Shown here: positions 46,110-58,052 of the stretch, piece after piece
Layout: every line of letters begins with the position of its first letter
How positions within the stretch are numbered: the stretch's first letter is position 1
Source of the DNA: Heteronotia binoei
Lineage: Eukaryota
Length of the DNA: 64,000 nt
Assembly: GCF_032191835.1 (NCBI RefSeq)
Contig: NC_083226.1
Coordinates: 21,762,001-21,826,000, forward strand
Reading direction: 5' to 3'
Position numbers and translations under genes: made by a program
Notes under the pieces: model-generated
Database searches by the model: none
What the model was told of the DNA's origin: nothing
Seen by the model: the letters and a program-made list of their open reading frames with translations, nothing else

Positions 46110-47726
46110 ATGATGGTGCCTTCCATATTGATAATAATCAGTTGTATTCTTCTGGTTAGTAAAACTCTTGTTGGAATGGTCACAAATGGATTTATTGCCC
46201 TTATGAATTACATTGACTGGTTCAGAAGCAGGAAACAATCCCCAAATGACCAAATTTTGACCTGTCTTGTCTTGTCCAGACTTTCATGGCTGGGATTTGT
46301 GAGTCTGCATATAACTACGTTCTTCTTTTTTTATTGGCACGCATAATTGTCATTATTTCTTCATAATGGTTCCCACCTTGTGGATATTTATGAACACCAC
46401 CACTATTTGGTTTGCCACCTGCCTCAGCATTTGCTACTTGGCAATGATTGCCATGTTCTCCCACCCTGTTTTCCTCCAAGTGAAGCAAAGATTTTCAGGA
46501 CTTGTGCCCCCGTTGCTTCTGGGATCAGTTGTCTTCTCTGCTATTATGGCTCTTGTTGTGGTCGCAAGCTTGAGCAATGGCTTCTTGATGTGTGATTCCA
46601 ACAAATCACATCAGTGATTCAGAAATTAAACCCCCTGACTTATACATGTTCTCAGCTTTTTTAGCTACTGTCCCAAATCTCATTCCTTTAATGATACTTT
46701 TGTAATTGCCCATCTTGTGAATGACCTCTCTGTGGATGCACACAAGATGTATGCAAGGCAATGGAATTGGCATCAAGGATCTCAACACTCAAGCTCACAG
46801 GACTGCTATCACTGTCAAGACAGTGTGCGTTTGCAATAAAAAAGGCCAACGCCATGCTGGGAATTATTAGGAAGGGAATTGAAAACAAATCAGCCAGTAT
46901 CATAATGCCCCCATATAAATCGATGGTGCGGTCTCATTTGGAGTACTGTGTGCAATTCTGGTCACCGCACCTCAAAAAGGATATTATAGCATTGGAGAAA
47001 GTCCAGAAAAGGGCAACTAGAATGATTAAAGGGCTGGAGCACTTTCCCTATGAAGAAAGGTTGAAACGCTTGGGACTCTTTAGCTTGGAGAAACGTCGAC
47101 TGCGGGGTGACTTGATAGAGGTTTACAAGATAATGCATGGGATGGGGAAAGTAGAGAAAGAAGTACTTTTCTCCCTTTCTCACAATACAAGAACTCGTGG
47201 GCATTCGATGAAATTGCTGAGCAGGCAGGTTAAAACGGATAAAAGGAAGTACTTCTTCACCCAAAGGGTGATTAACATGTGGAATTCACTGCCACAGGAG
47301 GTGGTGGCGGTCACAAGTATAGCCACCTTCAAGAGGGGGTTAGATAAAAATATGGAGCACAGGTCCATCAGTGGCTATTAGCCACAGTGTATGTGTATAT
47401 ATAAAATTTTTTGCCACTGTGTGACACAGAGTGTTGGACTGGATGGGCCGTTGGCCTGATCCAACATGGCTTCTCTTATGTTCTTAAAGCTCTGGCTTCC
47501 TTTGCTTTTTTTGTACATGTTTAGTTTTTTAGCGGTCACTACTCAGGCAATACTGATCTGGAATGACATGGAGCACAACTGGCTATTTATACTGCTTGGC
47601 ATCATATCTGTTTCTTGTCCTTCTGGACATGCCATTATACTGATACTAGTAAATCCCAAACTCAAAGAGGCATGGGTCAGGATGGTGCTTCGCTTAAAAT
47701 GCTGCTCTGGTGAAGTGCCTTCTTAA
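46110..47726 (+). pseudogene. TAS2R: TAS2R pseudogene with two frameshifts, a premature stop and a CR1 insertion
   Basis: +1 T in the T-run at ~46325-46332; 8-bp deletion at ~46609; TCA>TAA at ~46705; CR1 inserted in ICL3/TM6 at 46812-47485; C-terminus resumes at 47486. Confidence 0.9.
46812..47485 (+). mobile_element. CR1 LINE 3' fragment inserted in TAS2R
   Basis: RT C-terminal ORF to 47381 plus tail ending TTATGTTCTT; TAS2R coding sequence resumes on both sides. Confidence 0.93.
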
Positions 47727-47871
47727 AACCTACCTCTAGACCATAGAGAGGACATTCTCTTTCACAAGAAGGGCCGTGAACAACTCTTGGAGCGCAATCC
47801 TACCAGAAGTTCTTCATGGGTAGATGTGCTGTTCTTTGTCCTTCACAGAAACATGCACGATGGGTGGATGA

Positions 47872-48585
47872 TTACTGCCTGCTCTGTGATAGCTTCTCTT
47901 TCTTAAATAGCAGAAGTAGTTAAGGCCTCATAGACCTAAGAAGCTAAATAGGACTGACTCTGGCAAGAATCTGGAAGGAAGAAATCAATAAACATAGTTG
48001 GCATTGATAGAAAAAAATGGTATAATGGAGAATTAATCCACTGGTATCTTGGGCTCTTGGGAGGGGGTGCTTTTTGAGGTAGATGCACCAAATTTGCAGC
48101 ATGGCATCCAGTGCCTCTCCCCAAAATACCCTCCAAGATTCAAAAGGATTGGACCAGGGGGTCCAATTCTGTGAGCCCCAAAAGAAGGTGCCCCTATCTT
48201 TCAATATTTCCTATGGAGTGAAGGCATTTAAAAGGAGCATGGTCCCTTTAGATGTGATGGCCAGAACTCCCTTTGTTCAATTGTGCTTGCCAAAACCCTG
48301 CTTCTGGTTCTACCCCCAAAGTTCCCAGATATTTCTTGAAGTGGATTTGGCAACCCTATTCACTATTCCACGGCAACCCTATTCCACAATTATAAACATC
48401 TATGGTACTTTACATATTTTTCCATGGGGGCTTTTTCCCATGTGGGCTTCTTTCAGTATGAGCTTTTTTCCGTGTGGGCTTCTTTCCATGTGGGCATGTT
48501 TCCAAGGGGGCTTTTTTCCTGTGAGCATTTATGCTCTTGAGGGTTTTTTTCCCTTTGGGCGTTTTCCCTTTTTGCTTTTCTCCTA
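47872..48585 (-). mobile_element. Second partial copy of the MULE end (with the same nested hAT MITE)
   Basis: Aligns to ~17775-18400, including the TIR repeats TTTCCATGTGGGC. Confidence 0.65.
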
Positions 48586-48841
48586 GAACCCTGAGCTGCA
48601 GCATTAATTAGGGGTGTTTGTTTTTCAGTTCTGTGCATCAAATCTCTGCTAAGGGGACAGGACACTGTTTTCGTGGCCAGAGTGTTTGGGAAGCAAAAGC
48701 TGTTGAGAGTTTAAATGGTTGTAGCTTAGAGGCATGGATTATTTGCCCTTCTTGCTGAAATACTTGGGTAAGCCTGTCCCAACCCAAGTTCCTCCGGTCT
48801 GCCAGGTCTTTTGCTGAGGACTGGGAATGGGTCTGAGTGCC

Positions 48842-49059
48842 TAGGGTTGCCATCCTTCAGGTGGGGCCTGGAGATTTTCCAGGATTACAACTCATCTCCA
48901 GATGACAGAGATTGGTCCCCATGGAGAAAATGGCCTCTTTGGAGAGTGGCCTGTGTGCCATGACACCTCACTGAGCTCCCTCCTCTGCCCAAACCTTAGC
49001 CTCCTCAGGCTCCACCCCCAAATCTCCTGGAATTTCCAAAACCACAGCTGGCAAGCCTA
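48842..49059. mobile_element. hAT MITE (TAGGGTTGCCA TIR)
   Basis: TIRs and near-perfect 8-bp TSD (T/G)GAGTGCC. Confidence 0.8.
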
Positions 49060-49569
49060 GGAGTGCCTCAACCACACACCTTTCCATTTCCCCTGGTGCT
49101 TTCCTTTGCTTCAGTCTCATGTATGGATTACATTGCTTCTGTAGCATATTGTTCTTAGTACCGTAATAAATGGTTTAATTCTTATCAGTTAAACCCAAGA
49201 ATTGCTGTCTTCCTACTGGGAAGGATCCAGGGGAACACCTTCAGGAGCAAAAAGTCTGGAAAACAGCACATTGTCGGAACAAAGCTAAAAGGAGCCCACA
49301 GTACCCCCCCCCCCCACTCGCAAAAAAAAAATACCCCAGTAATAATTGATTTGTTCATTGATGGGATTTCCATCCCACCCATCCTGCCAAGGCAAGCTCA
49401 GGGTAGGTTGCAAAGAGGCTATAGTGCAATATTTCATAAAAATATAAAATATGAAAATTCTCAATATAAAACAATATGCAATAAGCCATTTAAAACAGCA
49501 AGATGGCGCTATCTCCCTAAGTCTGCTCATAAACATTCTGATTCCCGTTTAAAACCACAAGATGGTGCT

Positions 49570-51637
49570 ATTTTATTTTATTTTATTTTATCGGATTTAT
49601 ATCCCGCCCTCTCTGCCAAAACAGGCTCAGGGCTGCTCACAACAATAAAACATTTACAATGTTGCTCTTTAACTTTAAACAAATTAAACAATAAACAATT
49701 AAAATATTTTTAAAACTATTGGTGCTCGTGTTATTTCCAGTGTCTTCATCCCTCATTGGGTATCCTCATATGCTACTATCAGTTGAAGGTGAGTTGAAAT
49801 AGACTTGTCTTACAAGCCTTACAGAACTGGAGAAGGTCCTGCAAGGCTCTTACTTCTTCTGGGAGCTGGTTCCACCAATAGGGGGCCACTAGAGAGAAGG
49901 CTCTCTCTCTAGTGGTCTTCAATCTTCACTCCCTCGGCCCAGGGATCAATAACAGATTCTGTGTCCCTGATCTAAGTACCCTCTGGGGGACATATGGGGA
50001 GAGACGGTTCCTAAGGTAGAAAGGTCCTTGGCCATATAGGGCTTTAAAGGTAATAACCAACCACTTGTAGCGAATCCGGTACACTATCGGCAACCAGTGC
50101 AGCTCCCACAGCCCAGGCTATATGTGCTCCCGCATGGAGAGCCCCAGTAACGGCCTGGCCACTACATTCTGCACCAGCTGCAGTCTCCGGATTCGTGACA
50201 AGGGCAGCCCCATGTAGAGGGCGTTACAGTAGTCCAATCTCAAGGTGACTGTAGCATGGATTTATTTATTTTATTTTATTTATTTATTCGGGATTTGTAT
50301 CCCGCCCTTCCCACGAGTGGCTCAGGGCGGCTTCCAACAATAACAATTTAACAATTTAAATATAAACAATTAAATACTTCACATTTAAAACATTAAAACC
50401 AATACATTTCAATTCATAAAACAATGCAGCTTAAAACCAATAACATATCATTTTATATAAACAGATGGCAGGCCAGTTACGTCAGGTTCCATCCCGGCTA
50501 GGTGTAGGCTAGCCGGAAGAGGGTCGTCTTACAGGCCCTGCGGAATTGAGCCAAGTCCCGCAGGGCCCTCACCTCTTCCGGCAGCTGATTCCACCAAGTG
50601 GGGGCCATAACGGAGAAAGCCCTATCTCGAGTGACTTTCAGGCGGGCTTCTTTTGGCCCGGGGATAGAGAGGAGATTTTGTGTTCCTGACCTCAGTGCTC
50701 TCTGGGGAACGTATGGGGAGAGACGGTCCCTCAGGTAGGCAGGTCCCAGGCCATATAGGGCTTTAAAGGTGATAACCAGCACCTTGTACCGGACTCGATA
50801 CATCACTGGAAGCCAGTGCAGAGTCCGAAGACCCGGCCGAATGTGTCCCCACTTTGGGAGACCCAATAACAGCCGGGCCGCGGCATTCTGCACCAGCTGC
50901 AGCTTTCGAGTCCGGGACAGGGGCAGCCCCATGTAGAGGGCATTGCAGTAGTCCAACCTCGAGGTGACCGTAGCATGGATCACTGTTGCTAGGTCGTCGC
51001 GCTCCAGGAAGGGGGCCAGCTGCCTTGCCCGCCTAAGATGAAAAAAATGCGGACTTGGCAGCGGCTGCTATCTGAGCCTCCATCTTTAAGGAAGGCTCCA
51101 ACAGCACCCCCAAGCTCCTGACTCTGTCCGCCGCCATCAGCGGCGCACCGTCAAAAGCTGGCAGGGGGATCCCCCCCCCCCCGGGCCGCGGCGACCCAAG
51201 CAAAGGACCTCTGTCTTCGTAGGATTTAGCTTCAGCCCACTCAGTCTGAGCCACTCAGCCACGGCCTGTAATGCCCGGTCCAGATTTTCCGGGGCGCAGA
51301 CCGGCCAGCCGTCCATCAGTAGATAGAGCTGGGTGTCATCAGCATACTGGTGACACCCCAGCCCATACCTTCGGGCTATCTGGGCAAGAGGCCGCATGTA
51401 GATATTGAATAACATCGGGGAGAGAACCGCCCCCTGGGGCACACCACAATCAACTGGATCACAGTTGCCAGGTCGCTGCGGTCAAGGAAAGGGATCAACT
51501 GCCTTACCCACCTGAGATGGGAAAAGGTGGATTTGGCAGTGGCTGCTATCCGGGCCTCCATTGTCAATGAAGGCTCCAGCAGTACCCCCAAGCTTCTGAC
51601 CTTGGGCGCCATTGAAAGTGGTGCACCATCAAAAGCT
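49570..51637 (-). mobile_element. Older L2 fragment split by a younger L2
   Basis: Outer copy 49570-50261 resumes at 51455-51637. Confidence 0.8.
50262..51454 (-). mobile_element. Younger L2 LINE fragment (RT core and C-terminus)
   Basis: PQGAVLSPMLFNIYM...HQYADDTQLY and TSRLDYCNAL ORFs; TSD TGGAT. Confidence 0.9.
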
Positions 51638-51767
51638 AGCTCCCTAATTCTGCTCCTAAACACTGATTCCCATTTAAAACCACAAGATGCTGCTATCTCC
51701 CTAAGTCTGCTTATAAGCATTCTAATTTCCTTCCAGTTCAGTTCATATAGTTCATGAGCAGTTAGAG

Positions 51768-52215
51768 CAGTGGTCCCCAACCTTTTTGGCACCAGCAATC
51801 TATTTTGTGGAAGGCAATTTTTCCATGGACCAGCGAGGGGGGGGGGGCAATGGTTTTGGCATGATACAATTGCGCACTTTATTTTGGTGTGGTGGTTAAG
51901 CGTGCAGTGAACTGGATTTGATTCCCCACTCCTCCGCTTGCAGCTGCTGTAGTGGCCTTGGGTCAGCCATAGCTCTTGCAGAGCTGTTCCTGAAAGGGAA
52001 GCTTCTGGGAGAGCTCTCTCAACCCCACCCACCTCACAGGGTGTCTGTTGTGGGGGAAGAAGATCAAGGAGATGGTGAGCCACTATGAGATTCAGAGTGG
52101 AGGGCAGGATATTAATCCAGTTGTTTTTTCTTCTTCTTCTTTTACAACTCACAGCCCGGTTGCTAACAGGCCATGGACTAGTACTGGTCCACGGCCCTGG
52201 GGTTGGGGACCCCTA
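51768..52215. mobile_element. hAT-Charlie-type MITE with nested SINE (51885-52141)
   Basis: CAGTGGTCCCCAACCTTTTTGGCACCAG... / ...GGTTGGGGACCCCTA; 8-bp TSD AGTTAGAG. Confidence 0.8.
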
Positions 52216-52325
52216 AGTTAGAGAACACATTTGGACTAATTTCATCAAGTATTCGTGGTCTTAGCTAAAAGCTTGGCCAGAAGAGCTCCATCTTATAGGC
52301 CCTCTGGAACTGTAGTAAGTCCCAC

Positions 52326-52590
52326 TGAAGAAGAAGAAGATATTGGATTTATATCCACCCTCCGCTCTGAGTCTCAGAGCAGTAGCTCATAATCTGCTAT
52401 ATCTTCTCCCCCCACAACAGACACCCTGGGAGGTGGGTGGGGCTGAGAGAGCTCTCACAGCAGCTGCCTTTTCAAGGACAACTTCTGTGAGAGCTACAGC
52501 TGACCCAAGGCCATTCCAGCAGGTGCAAGTGGAGGAGTGGGGAATCAAACCCAGTTATCCCAGATAAGAGTTTGCACACTTAACCACTGC
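52326..52590 (-). mobile_element. SINE, same family as 17177
   Basis: Reverse-complement full copy. Confidence 0.75.
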
Positions 52591-53115
52591 ATCAAACAGG
52601 GCCCTAATCTCTATGGAGAGCTCATTCCACCAGGCTGGGGCCAGAGCCAAAAAGGCCCTGGCCTTTGTTGAGGCCAAACAGATCTCTCTTGGGCTGGGAA
52701 CTACCAGCCGACATTGATTAGGCAATCTTTAGGCCCTTTGTGGGACATATGGGGTGAGGCAGTCCTGCGGGAATAAGGCATTCCCCCCCGCCCCCAAAAA
52801 ATAATCTCACTAACAGGGGCCAGAGGACTGGCATTGCTAATTTCTCAATATGTCCCTCCAGCTGTCCCTTTAATACCAGCTTGGGCTGCAACGTTTATCA
52901 GGGGATGTTGTTGAGCTCCATCCCAAGTAAAGCTTAAACCAGTTTAAAACCACAAGATGGTGCTATCTCCCTAAATCTGCTCATAAACATTCTGATTCCA
53001 GTTTAAAACCACAAGATGGCGCCATCTCCCAAAATCTGCTCATAAGCATTTTGATTCCATGTAGAAAGATCCAAGAGGGCAGCCGTGTTGGTCTGAAGCA
53101 GTTGAACAAAGCAGG

Positions 53116-56100
53116 TAGGGTGGCCAGACCGTCCCGGTCTCCCGGGACTTTCCCGGTTCTGGCCACCAATTCCCGGCTCCCGGCTGCCTATACCGGGACC
53201 ATTACAAAGTCCCGGTATAGCCAGCGGGGAGCCGGCGGGCCGCGCGCGCGGGCCGGGAAGGCGGGGAGTGAGGCAGCCAGCGTCCCTGCGCGTGCGCACA
53301 GCTGTGTGCGCACGCGCAGGGACGCTGGCTGCCTCACTCCTCGCCTTCCCCGCCCGCGCGCGGGGTCCGGAGAGGCCAACGCTGGTCCCTGGAGGCCTCC
53401 AGAGGCCAGCGGAGGCATCGTGGAGAGGCCGGCGCTGGTCCCTGGAGGCCTCCAGAGGCCAGCGGAGGCATCGTGGAGAGGCCGGCGCTGGTCCCTGGAG
53501 GCCTCCAGAGGCCAGCGGAGGCATCGTGGAGAGGCCGGCGCTGGTCCCTGGAGGCCTCCAGAGGGCAGCGGAGGCTTCGTGGAGAGGCCGGCGCTGGTCC
53601 CTGGAGGCCTCCAGAGGGCAGCGGAGGCTTCGTGGAGAGGCCGGCGCTGGTCCCTGGAGGCCTCCAGAGGGCAGCGGAGGCTTCGTGGAGAGGCCGGCGC
53701 TGGTCCCTGGAGGCCTCCAGAGGGCAGCGGAGGCTTCGTGGAGAGGCCGGCGCTGGTCCCTGGAGGCCTCCGCTGGTCCCTGGAGGCCTCCAGAGACCAG
53801 CGGAGGCAGCGTGGAGAGGCCAGCGCTGGTCCCTGGAGGCCTCCAGAGACCAGCGCCGGCCTCTCCGGCCTCCGCAGCCGCCGCCAGCCCCGCCAGCAGC
53901 CCGGAGGAGAGGCCGCCACCCGCCCTGGATCCAGGTAAGCCAAAAGCGCGGGGGGGGGCGGCTGGCNNNNNNNNNNNNNNNNNNNNNNNNNNNNNNNNNN
54001 NNNNNNNNNNNNNNNNNNNNNNNNNNNNNNNNNNNNNNNNNNNNNNNNNNNNNNNNNNNNNNNNNNNNNNNNNNNNNNNNNNNNNNNNNNNNNNNNNNNN
54101 NNNNNNNNNNNNNNNNNNNNNNNNNNNNNNNNNNNNNNNNNNNNNNNNNNNNNNNNNNNNNNNNNNNNNNNNNNNNNNNNNNNNNNNNNNNNNNNNNNNN
54201 NNNNNNNNNNNNNNNNNNNNNNNNNNNNNNNNNNNNNNNNNNNNNNNNNNNNNNNNNNNNNNNNNNNNNNNNNNNNNNNNNNNNNNNNNNNNNNNNNNNN
54301 NNNNNNNNNNNNNNNNNNNNNNNNNNNNNNNNNNNNNNNNNNNNNNNNNNNNNNNNNNNNNNNNNNNNNNNNNNNNNNNNNNNNNNNNNNNCTGGCCTGA
54401 TCCAACAGGGCTTCTCTTATGTTCTTATGTGACACAGTGTGTTGGACTGGATGGGCCACTGGCCTGATCCAACAGGGCTTCTCTTATGTTCTTATGTGAC
54501 ACAGTGTGTTGGACTGGATGGGCCACTGGCCTGATCCAACAGGGCTTCTCTTATGTTCTTATGTGACACAGTGTGTTGGACTGGATGGGCCACTGGCCTG
54601 ATCCAACAGGGCTTCTCTTATGTTCTTATGTGACGCAGAGTGTTGGACTGGATGGGCCACTGGCCTGATCCAACAGGGCTTCTCTTATGTTCTTATGTGA
54701 CACAGTGTGTTGGACTGGATGGGCCACTGGCCTGATCCAACAGGGCTTCTCTTATGTTCTTATGTGACGCAGAGTGTTGGACTGGATGGGCCACTGGCCT
54801 GATCCAACAGGGCTTCTCTTATGTTCTTATGTGACAATACTGATTTTGGTGGACCCAAGCACTGATTCAGTGTAAGGGAGCTTTGTGTTTGTGACTGGAG
54901 TAGACAATACTGACTTTGGTGGACCCAAGCACTGATTCAGTGTAAGGGAGCTTTGTGTTTGTGACTGGAGTAGACAATACTGACTTTGGTGGACCCAAGC
55001 ACTGATTCAGTGTAAGGGAGCTTTGTGTTTGTGACTGGAGTGGACAATACTGACTTTGGTGGACCCAAGCACTGATTCAGTGTAAGGGAGCTTTGTGTTT
55101 GTGTCTTCTGGTGCAATTTTGTTCTCAGATCCTGTATTTACTTCATCAGTATATGGGATAAGGCACTTTCTCAACTGTGCTGCATAATGCAGCCTATTTA
55201 TTTTGTCCTGTTTGCTCTGTTGGCTCTATCTGCGCCACCTTCATCACTTTCGGGGTGTGGATCCCCAGTGGGGTGGTCTCGCGACTCCCTCCGCCGGCTG
55301 TTTCTGATAGCCCTGCGCCCCCTCTTTCATTTGATATGTGTCCCGTGCGGATGCCACCCTCCCGCCGGGAGATGCCGCAAAATGAGCCCCCTTGAGGCTT
55401 ATGGCGGCAGGGCTCGGGGGAAGCGAGCTAGACTGCTGTTCTTTTGAGGGGTCATAGAGTGTTTCGAGCCCGTCCCTGTGGCATCAGTCCCATCGTTGTG
55501 GGGCCCAGGGGGCCGGCGCAGCGGCACGCTGAAGCAGCCTGTCGGTCACTTCCGGGTTCCTGTCCTGCATCTCGACCTGTGACAAGNNNNNNNNNNNNNN
55601 NNNNNNNNNNNNNNNNNNNNNNNNNNNNNNNNNNNNNNNNNNNNNNNNNNNNNNNNNNNNNNNNNNNNNNNNNNNNNNNNNNNNNNNNNNNNNNNNNNNN
55701 NNNNNNNNNNNNNNNNNNNNNNNNNNNNNNNNNNNNNNNNNNNNNNNNNNNNNNNNNNNNNNNNNNNNNNNNNNNNNNNNNNNNNNNNNNNNNNNNNNNN
55801 NNNNNNNNNNNNNNNNNNNNNNNNNNNNNNNNNNNNNNNNNNNNNNNNNNNNNNNNNNNNNNNNNNNNNNNNNNNNNNNNNNNNNNNNNNNNNNNNNNNN
55901 NNNNNNNNNNNNNNNNNNNNNNNNNNNNNNNNNNNNNNNNNNNNNNNNNNNNNNNNNNNCCCCCGCCAGCCGCCCCCCCCCCCCCCCCCCCCCCCCCCCC
56001 GTGCTTTTGGCTTACCTGGATCCAGGGCGGGTGGCGGCCTCTCCTCCGGGCTGCTGGCGGGGCTGGCGGCGGCTGCGGAGGCCGGAGAGGCCGGCGCTGG

Positions 56101-56559
56101 TCTCTGGAGGCCTCCAGGGACCAGCGGAGGCCTCTCCACAAAGCCTCCGCTGGCCTCTGGAGGCCTCCAGGGACCAGCGGAGACCTCTCCACGCTGCCGG
56201 CGCTGGCCTCTGGAGGCCTCCAGGGACCAGCGCCGGCCTCTCCACGCTGCCGGCGCTGGCCTCTGGAGGCCTCCAGGGACCAGCGCCGGCCTCTTCGCTG
56301 CTGGCGCTGGCCTCTGGAGGCCTCCAGGGACCAGCGGAGGCCTCTCCACGAAATGATGTCACAGGAAGTGGTGTCACTTCCTGTTTCCGGCAGTGGCATG
56401 ACGTCACCGGAAGTGACGTCACCGGAAGTGACGTCACCGGAAGTGACGTCACTTCCTGTTTCCGGCGGCGAGCGCAGCGCTCCGCGCACGCACACCCCTA
56501 CCTTCCACCCCCCCCCCCCAGGTGTCCCTGGCTGGCCTTCAGACATTATGGTCACCCTA
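53116..56559 (-). mobile_element. Composite hAT/Foldback-like element, copy 2 (inverted)
   Basis: Same TIRs and modules as 21291-24646 in reverse: 53-bp arrays at both ends, 67-bp array 54392-54836, 70-bp array 54837-55103, palindrome arm and loop 55112-55586; two N gaps. Confidence 0.8.
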
Positions 56560-56664
56560 TATATCCAGAGTTCAGCTTGTTTGGCTGTCTTACCATTTTC
56601 CTGCATGAATTCCAGTGTTTTTCTAATCATTTTATGTGATTCATGTGCTGCTTCTTCTTTTTCA

Positions 56665-57660
56665 GACCCCAAGATGATATGTGCTCAATAAAGTGGTGCA
56701 CAAAAGAGAAAACTGGCAAAAAAAAAAAAAAAGAACCAACAAAAGGCATTAAATTTAGTGGCGAAGACTGGAAAGCCGACAAATTATTTCACTCAAATTA
56801 CACAACGTGATCTTCCAAATCAAAACCAGCCTCCGTCATCAGAAGCCTGCTGGCATTGTGTCTGACTCTGACAAGATGAAAATTGAACAAAACTCCACTC
56901 TTTTCAGGACCACTTCAGGGTCTGACTATCATCATGATATTGTGCTGCCAGAGGCTGGCTCAACTGGCACCAGTACTGTAAATTCTTTACTGCAAATGTC
57001 GATGCAAGTTGCTTTGCAAGGCAGTCTGAAGTTGCAAATAAGATGCAAGAGCTAGAATTTGTTTATTATGGTGATCAGGCGGGGTGAGATTTTGCAAATG
57101 GTTCAAAGAGCAGTTCAACTTATGCAAAAAGAAGGATGGGAAGTTAAAAACATGTGCAGGTCCGTACAGGTTACTAGCTGACCAACTACCCATACTTAAG
57201 GAGAGAATTCTGAAAGATTTGAAGCACTTGCAAAGGAAGTGCCACCGGTTGGTAACGGAGATGCTGCTCAAACTGAAATGCAGCTCAAACCTGCAATCAC
57301 GTCAGAAAGAAGGTACCCAGTGATGGAGGTGCACCAAAAGTGGATCTGAATGCCAGAGATAAATTTTATCACTACCTTTTACACAGCTATTGACAAACTA
57401 AGAAAAGGAGAGGTGTACAAAGAAAGGGCTGACAAATTTTCTTTTATAAGTGATGTGCTAAATGATGTTACTTCATGTGCTGAAACGGAAAGTTTCAGTG
57501 TTTTCAAAAGCTAATTGATGCTTACCTAGAAGACTTGCCTTGTCTCTGCTAAGAACGGGAGCAGACTTGTTAGGTCAGATAAGTTTTGAGGACTTGATCA
57601 AAGACTCTGCAACCTAAAAAAGTAGAAGAAAACTTCTAAAGTATAAATAAAGTTGTAAGT
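56665..57660 (+). pseudogene. Degraded, internally deleted hAT-type transposase remnant
   Basis: Manual translation gives SGAQKRKLAKKK at the start and RKK...LNARDKF/ITTFYTAIDKL...EVYKERADKFSFI, resembling hAT transposase segments; many stops and frameshifts. Confidence 0.5.
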
Positions 57661-57742
57661 AGGCAACTATAAGCATTATTTTGTATCTTCTGACCATTTA
57701 TATTGAAAGGCTAGATTGTCTGTCTGTCTGTCTGTCTGTCTA

Positions 57743-58052
57743 TCAGAAGAAGAAGAAGAAGAAGACCAGGAGGAGTAGGCTGCAATTGGATTTATACCCA
57801 GCCCTTCACTACCCAAGGAGTCTCAGAGCAGCTTTCAATCTCCTTTCCCTTCTCCTCCCCACAACAGACACCATGTGAGTCAGGTAGGGCTGAGAGAGCT
57901 CTTCCAAGAACTGTTCCTGAGCAGAATAGCTCTAAGAGAAGTATGGCTGACCCAAGGCCATTCCAGCGGCTGCATGTGGAGGACTGGGGAATCAAACCCC
58001 CTTCTCCCAGATAAGAGCCTGTGCACTTAACCACTACATCAAACTGGCTTTC
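57743..58052 (-). mobile_element. SINE, same family as 17177
   Basis: Reverse-complement full copy with (GAA)n tail. Confidence 0.75.
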
